Of a DNA stretch of 54,832 nt, positions 51,304 to 54,832 are shown one piece after another. Origin of the DNA: Candidatus Actinomarinales bacterium. Lineage in GTDB: Bacteria > Actinomycetota > Acidimicrobiia > Actinomarinales > Actinomarinaceae. How positions within the stretch are numbered: the stretch's first letter is position 1; every line of letters begins with the position of its first letter. The DNA is taken from NCBI GenBank assembly GCA_004213405.1, contig SGYR01000004.1, positions 1-54,832 on the forward strand, in the 5' to 3' direction. A model generated the notes under the pieces. It did no database searches and was not told where the DNA came from. It saw nothing but the letters and a program-made list of their open reading frames with translations. The position numbers were made by a program, and so were the translations under genes.

Positions 51304-51686
51304 CTTTTTGTAGCCTGAAATACCTCATCTATTTCGTTAATCAAACCTAAAAGTTCTTCACCAACAGCTGGATCTTCTGTTTTTTTAGCCTCACCAGCTT
51401 TTTTTGTTGCATTCCAAAAAAGATCATGAACATTTGGAAATTTTTCTAAATGTTCTGGCTTAAAGTAGTCTGTCCAAAGAACCCATAGGTCTTTTTTGAC
51501 TTCTTCTGCCATATCTTCTTTTATTGTGATACATCTTTGTTTAAAAGCTGGATCATCAGATTCTTGATATTTTTTAGATGCATTAACGACTGATTCTGCA
51601 TTAATTCTTGCTTGAGCTGGATCATAAACTCCACAAGGCAAATCGCAATGCGCATATGCTACGTTTTTCGGTTTAAATAAATTCAT
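51300..51686 (-). CDS. sodN: Nickel superoxide dismutase precursor
   Basis: A 12-aa leader, then the Ni-hook HCDLPCGVYDP, then LWVLWTDYFK. Confidence 0.97.
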   Translation of the reverse strand: MNLFKPKNVAYAHCDLPCGVYDPAQARINAESVVNASKKYQESDDPAFKQRCITIKEDMAEEVKKDLWVLWTDYFKPEHLEKFPNVHDLFWNATKKAGEAKKTEDPAVGEELLGLINEIDEVFQATKS

Positions 51687-51726
51687 AAATCTCCTTTTTT
51701 ATATATTATAATTTGATAAGAACCTT

Positions 51727-52227
51727 ATGTTTAAAACAGCTGGAAGATTAATTAATTTTAGAACACTATTTCTTGTCGTTTTATATGTATTTCTCAAAAG
51801 TGATAAGAAAAATATAACAACCTATGAAATCAAAGAAGAAAGTATGAGTCCTGCATTACTGCCAGAGGACTATGTTGTTGCTATTAAAAACAAAGATAAA
51901 TTAAATCGTGGTGATATTGTAATTTTTAAAAATCATGAAAAAAATATTGATGTTGTAAAAAGAGTAATTGGCTTACCAGGCGAAACTGTGAGTTCTGAAA
52001 ACGGTAAAGTTTTGATAAATAATTCAGAGATAGATGACATCTGGGCTAAAACTGTCACAGACGATTTTATTCAACAAACACTCGGTGAGGACGAAGTATT
52101 TGTTCTTGGTGACCAAAGAAGACTTTCCTCAAGCGACTCGAGAACATTGGGTCCGGTTTCGGCAACTGAATGTTTAAAAATAAAATATAGATACTGGCCC
52201 TATCAAAGGTTTAAAGCATATGAGTAA
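51727..52227 (+). CDS. sodX: S26 peptidase, probable SodN maturation protease
   Basis: ESMSPAL (Ser), KRVIGLPG (Lys) and GDQR..SSDSR; divergent from sodN. A generic LepB role is not excluded. Confidence 0.7.
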   Translation: MFKTAGRLINFRTLFLVVLYVFLKSDKKNITTYEIKEESMSPALLPEDYVVAIKNKDKLNRGDIVIFKNHEKNIDVVKRVIGLPGETVSSENGKVLINNSEIDDIWAKTVTDDFIQQTLGEDEVFVLGDQRRLSSSDSRTLGPVSATECLKIKYRYWPYQRFKAYE

Positions 52228-52411
52228 TGCACTTTATTGTAGTTGGTGCAAAAATGAGATGGCTTATATTCATGGTCATGCTGCATGTATAAGTAGTGGC
52301 TGTGCAATGTTTGGATTAAATCAAGCTGAGTGTTGTTCTGGTGAAAGTGCAGAATTTTGCTCAGGAACTCAGCAAAATGAAATTGCATTATCCCCGCAAA
52401 GATTACAATAA
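52220..52411 (+). CDS. Small Cys/His-rich protein (putative metal-binding)
   Basis: Its ATG overlaps the peptidase stop. CxxC-x7-HxH-x2-C-x4-C-x9-CC-x7-C; 7 Cys in 63 aa. Confidence 0.7.
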   Translation: MSNALYCSWCKNEMAYIHGHAACISSGCAMFGLNQAECCSGESAEFCSGTQQNEIALSPQRLQ

Positions 52412-52428
52412 ATTAATAGGGAATACTT

Positions 52429-54279
52429 ATGGAAATTGAGAACAAAACAGTTGAGTCTATTCCAGCAATAACAATTAGATTTGCTGGTGACTCTGGTGAC
52501 GGTATGCAGCTAGTAGGTACAAGATTTACCGATACTTCTGCTGTGTTTGGAAATGACTTAGCAACGCTTCCTGCATTCCCAGCTGAAATAAGAGCACCTC
52601 AAGGAACTATTGCAGGAGTTTCTTCTTTTCAAGTTCAAATAGCAGATTTTGATATTTTAACTCCTGGTGATAATCCTGATGTTTTAGTTGCGATGAACCC
52701 TGCTGCTCTGAAAGCACATCTACACGATCTAGCTCCAAATGGAATGCTCATTTTAAATGAGGATGCTTTTGAAGAAAAAAATATTACAAAAGCAGGATAT
52801 AAAGTAGATCCAAGAGAATCTGGTGAACTAGACGGTTATAGAGTGTTTCAAGTCCCAATGGAAAAACTTACTAAAGAGGCCTTAGAGGAATTTGATTTAC
52901 CTGGTAGAGCAGTTTTAAGATCTAAAAACATGATTGCTCTTGGCTTGATATCATGGACATTTAATAGGCCCCTGGAAGATACCGAAAATTGGATCAATGA
53001 TAAATTTAGTAAACTTCCAGAGATTGCAAAGGCAAATATCAAAGCATTAAAAACTGGTTACAACTTTGGTATAACTGTTGAGGCATTTCATCATACCTAC
53101 GTTGTTGAAAAAGCTTCTCTTCCTCCAGGTGAATACACAAATATAAATGGAAATATAGGTTTGAGCTGGGGTTTAATTGCTGCTGCAAAGAAAGCAAATC
53201 TAGATTTATTTTATGGTAGCTATCCAATCACACCTGCATCAGATATTTTGCATGAACTCTCAAAACATAAAAACTTTAATGTCATTACTTTTCAAGCGGA
53301 AGATGAAATCGCAGCTGCGGCTGCCTCTGTTGGTGCCTCATTTACAGGAAAGCTTGCAGTTACTGGTACAAGTGGTCCAGGACTAGCTCTTAAAAGTGAA
53401 ACGATTTCATTGGCATTATCTGCAGAACTTCCATTAGTCATTGTGAACGTACAGAGAGGTGGGCCATCTACTGGACTTCCAACAAAACCTGAACAATCAG
53501 ACTTAATGTTTGCATTATATGGAAGACATGGTGAGTCACCTCTTCCAGTTGTAGCTGCTAAATCTCCTTCTCATGCTTTTTATGCAGCTTATGAAGCCTC
53601 CAGAATTGCTTTAAAATATATGACTCCAGTGATTTTATTATCTGACAACTATGTTGCAACTGGTTCTGAACCATGGAACCTGCCAAATACTGAAGAACTA
53701 AATGAATTGGAGACAAATATTATTACAAAATTAAATACAGAAGATGGGTTTTTGCCATTCTTAAGAAATGTTGATACATTTGCTAGGCCATGGGCACTAC
53801 CAGGAACTCCAGGTCTTGAATACAGAGTTGGTGGCCTTGAGAAAGAAGAGGGAACAGGAAATGTTTCTTATGACGCTGCAAACCACCAATACATGACAGA
53901 TATGAGAGCATGGAAAATCTCTAACATAGCAAATGATATTGATAAGTTAGAAATTCATGGTGATGAATCAGCTGATACATTAGTACTTGGTTGGGGTTCA
54001 ACTTATGGAGGAATTACACAAGCTGTCAATAGATTGAATGAAAAAGGTGTCAAGGTTGCAAGTGCGCATTTTGTTCACCTTAATCCTTTCCCAGATAACA
54101 CACTTGAAATCATATCAAAATTTAAGCAGGTAATCATTCCTGAATTAAATACTGGTCAACTACTTAAACTAGTAAGAGAGGCTTTTTTAGTTGATGCACG
54201 AGGAATTAATAAAGTTTCTGGTGAGACTTTTACAGCTCAGGAGCTTACTGATAAAATTGAGGAAATGATAAATGAGTAA
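52429..54279 (+). CDS. korA: 2-oxoacid:ferredoxin oxidoreductase alpha subunit (gamma-alpha fusion)
   Basis: RFAGDSGDGMQL, FPAEIRAP, YPITPASDILH, QAEDEI and QRGGPSTGLPTK. Confidence 0.93.
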   Translation: MEIENKTVESIPAITIRFAGDSGDGMQLVGTRFTDTSAVFGNDLATLPAFPAEIRAPQGTIAGVSSFQVQIADFDILTPGDNPDVLVAMNPAALKAHLHDLAPNGMLILNEDAFEEKNITKAGYKVDPRESGELDGYRVFQVPMEKLTKEALEEFDLPGRAVLRSKNMIALGLISWTFNRPLEDTENWINDKFSKLPEIAKANIKALKTGYNFGITVEAFHHTYVVEKASLPPGEYTNINGNIGLSWGLIAAAKKANLDLFYGSYPITPASDILHELSKHKNFNVITFQAEDEIAAAAASVGASFTGKLAVTGTSGPGLALKSETISLALSAELPLVIVNVQRGGPSTGLPTKPEQSDLMFALYGRHGESPLPVVAAKSPSHAFYAAYEASRIALKYMTPVILLSDNYVATGSEPWNLPNTEELNELETNIITKLNTEDGFLPFLRNVDTFARPWALPGTPGLEYRVGGLEKEEGTGNVSYDAANHQYMTDMRAWKISNIANDIDKLEIHGDESADTLVLGWGSTYGGITQAVNRLNEKGVKVASAHFVHLNPFPDNTLEIISKFKQVIIPELNTGQLLKLVREAFLVDARGINKVSGETFTAQELTDKIEEMINE

Positions 54280-54832
54280 AGTACCAGTTACCTATAAAAG
54301 AACGGACATGCAAAGTGACCAAGAGGTTAAATGGTGTCCTGGTTGTGGTGACTACACTATCCTTGCGTCAGTTCAGAACTTCATGGCTGAGATGGGTATT
54401 TCAAAAGAAAAAATAGTTTTTGTTTCTGGAATTGGTTGCGCAGCAAGGTTCCCATATTACATGAATACATACGGTGTTCACTCAATTCATGGTAGAGCAC
54501 CTGCAGTTGCTACTGGCGTATCAGTATCAAATCCAGATTTATCTGTGTGGGTAGTCTCTGGTGATGGTGACTCGCTATCTATTGGAGGAAACCATTTGAT
54601 TCATGCACTTCGAAAGAATGTAAACATTAAAATTCTTATGTTCAATAATCAGATTTATGGATTAACCAAAGGCCAGTACTCACCTACTAGCGAGGAAGGT
54701 AAGAAGACTAAGTCATCTCCATTTGGTTCTGTAGAGATGCCACTTAATCCAATGAGTCTTGCAATAGGTGCAGAAGCATCTTTTGTTGCAAGGTCCATTG
54801 ATATGGATAGAGATCTTACTGCAGGAATTTTA
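54272..54832 (+). CDS. korB: 2-oxoacid:ferredoxin oxidoreductase beta subunit, truncated by the right edge
   Basis: Not in the ORF track. Manual translation from ATG 54272: WCPGCGDY, SGIGC, HSIHGRA, GDGDSLSIGGNH and NNQIYGLTKGQYSPT. Confidence 0.93.
   Translation, partial: MSKVPVTYKRTDMQSDQEVKWCPGCGDYTILASVQNFMAEMGISKEKIVFVSGIGCAARFPYYMNTYGVHSIHGRAPAVATGVSVSNPDLSVWVVSGDGDSLSIGGNHLIHALRKNVNIKILMFNNQIYGLTKGQYSPTSEEGKKTKSSPFGSVEMPLNPMSLAIGAEASFVARSIDMDRDLTAGIL

Overview
A gene-dense, AT-rich (roughly one-third GC by eye) bacterial chromosome segment with many overlapping start/stop codons. Gene content points to a streamlined actinobacterium: actinobacterial-type DapE, CofC, Ni-SOD with its peptidase, KorAB, deoC with two ALDH genes, and gltX/gatCAB/ligA/mnmA/iscS synteny. 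A marine Ca. Actinomarina/Acidimicrobiia-like cell is plausible, but this is inference. It is mostly core metabolism: a maltodextrin uptake and catabolism cluster, a K+/H+ antiporter module, tRNA charging and modification (gltX, three tRNAs, gatCAB, mnmA, metG), lysine and branched-chain amino acid genes, murA, ligA, amt with gltB, sodN/sodX and korAB. I saw no mobile element, prophage, CRISPR array or rRNA. The best leads are (1) an unannotated three-way-junction leader RNA that starts just after a TATAAT box and buries the putative ribosome-binding site of an EamA transporter; (2) a 63-aa Cys/His-rich protein coupled between the Ni-SOD peptidase and korAB; (3) an ALDH pseudo-enzyme lacking its catalytic domain; (4) an amt-gltB unit with no adjacent glnK or gltD, carrying GlnR-like boxes and an internal structured element; (5) a GluRS missing its Zn-binding insertion. 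All calls are from motif recognition by eye; no database search was run.
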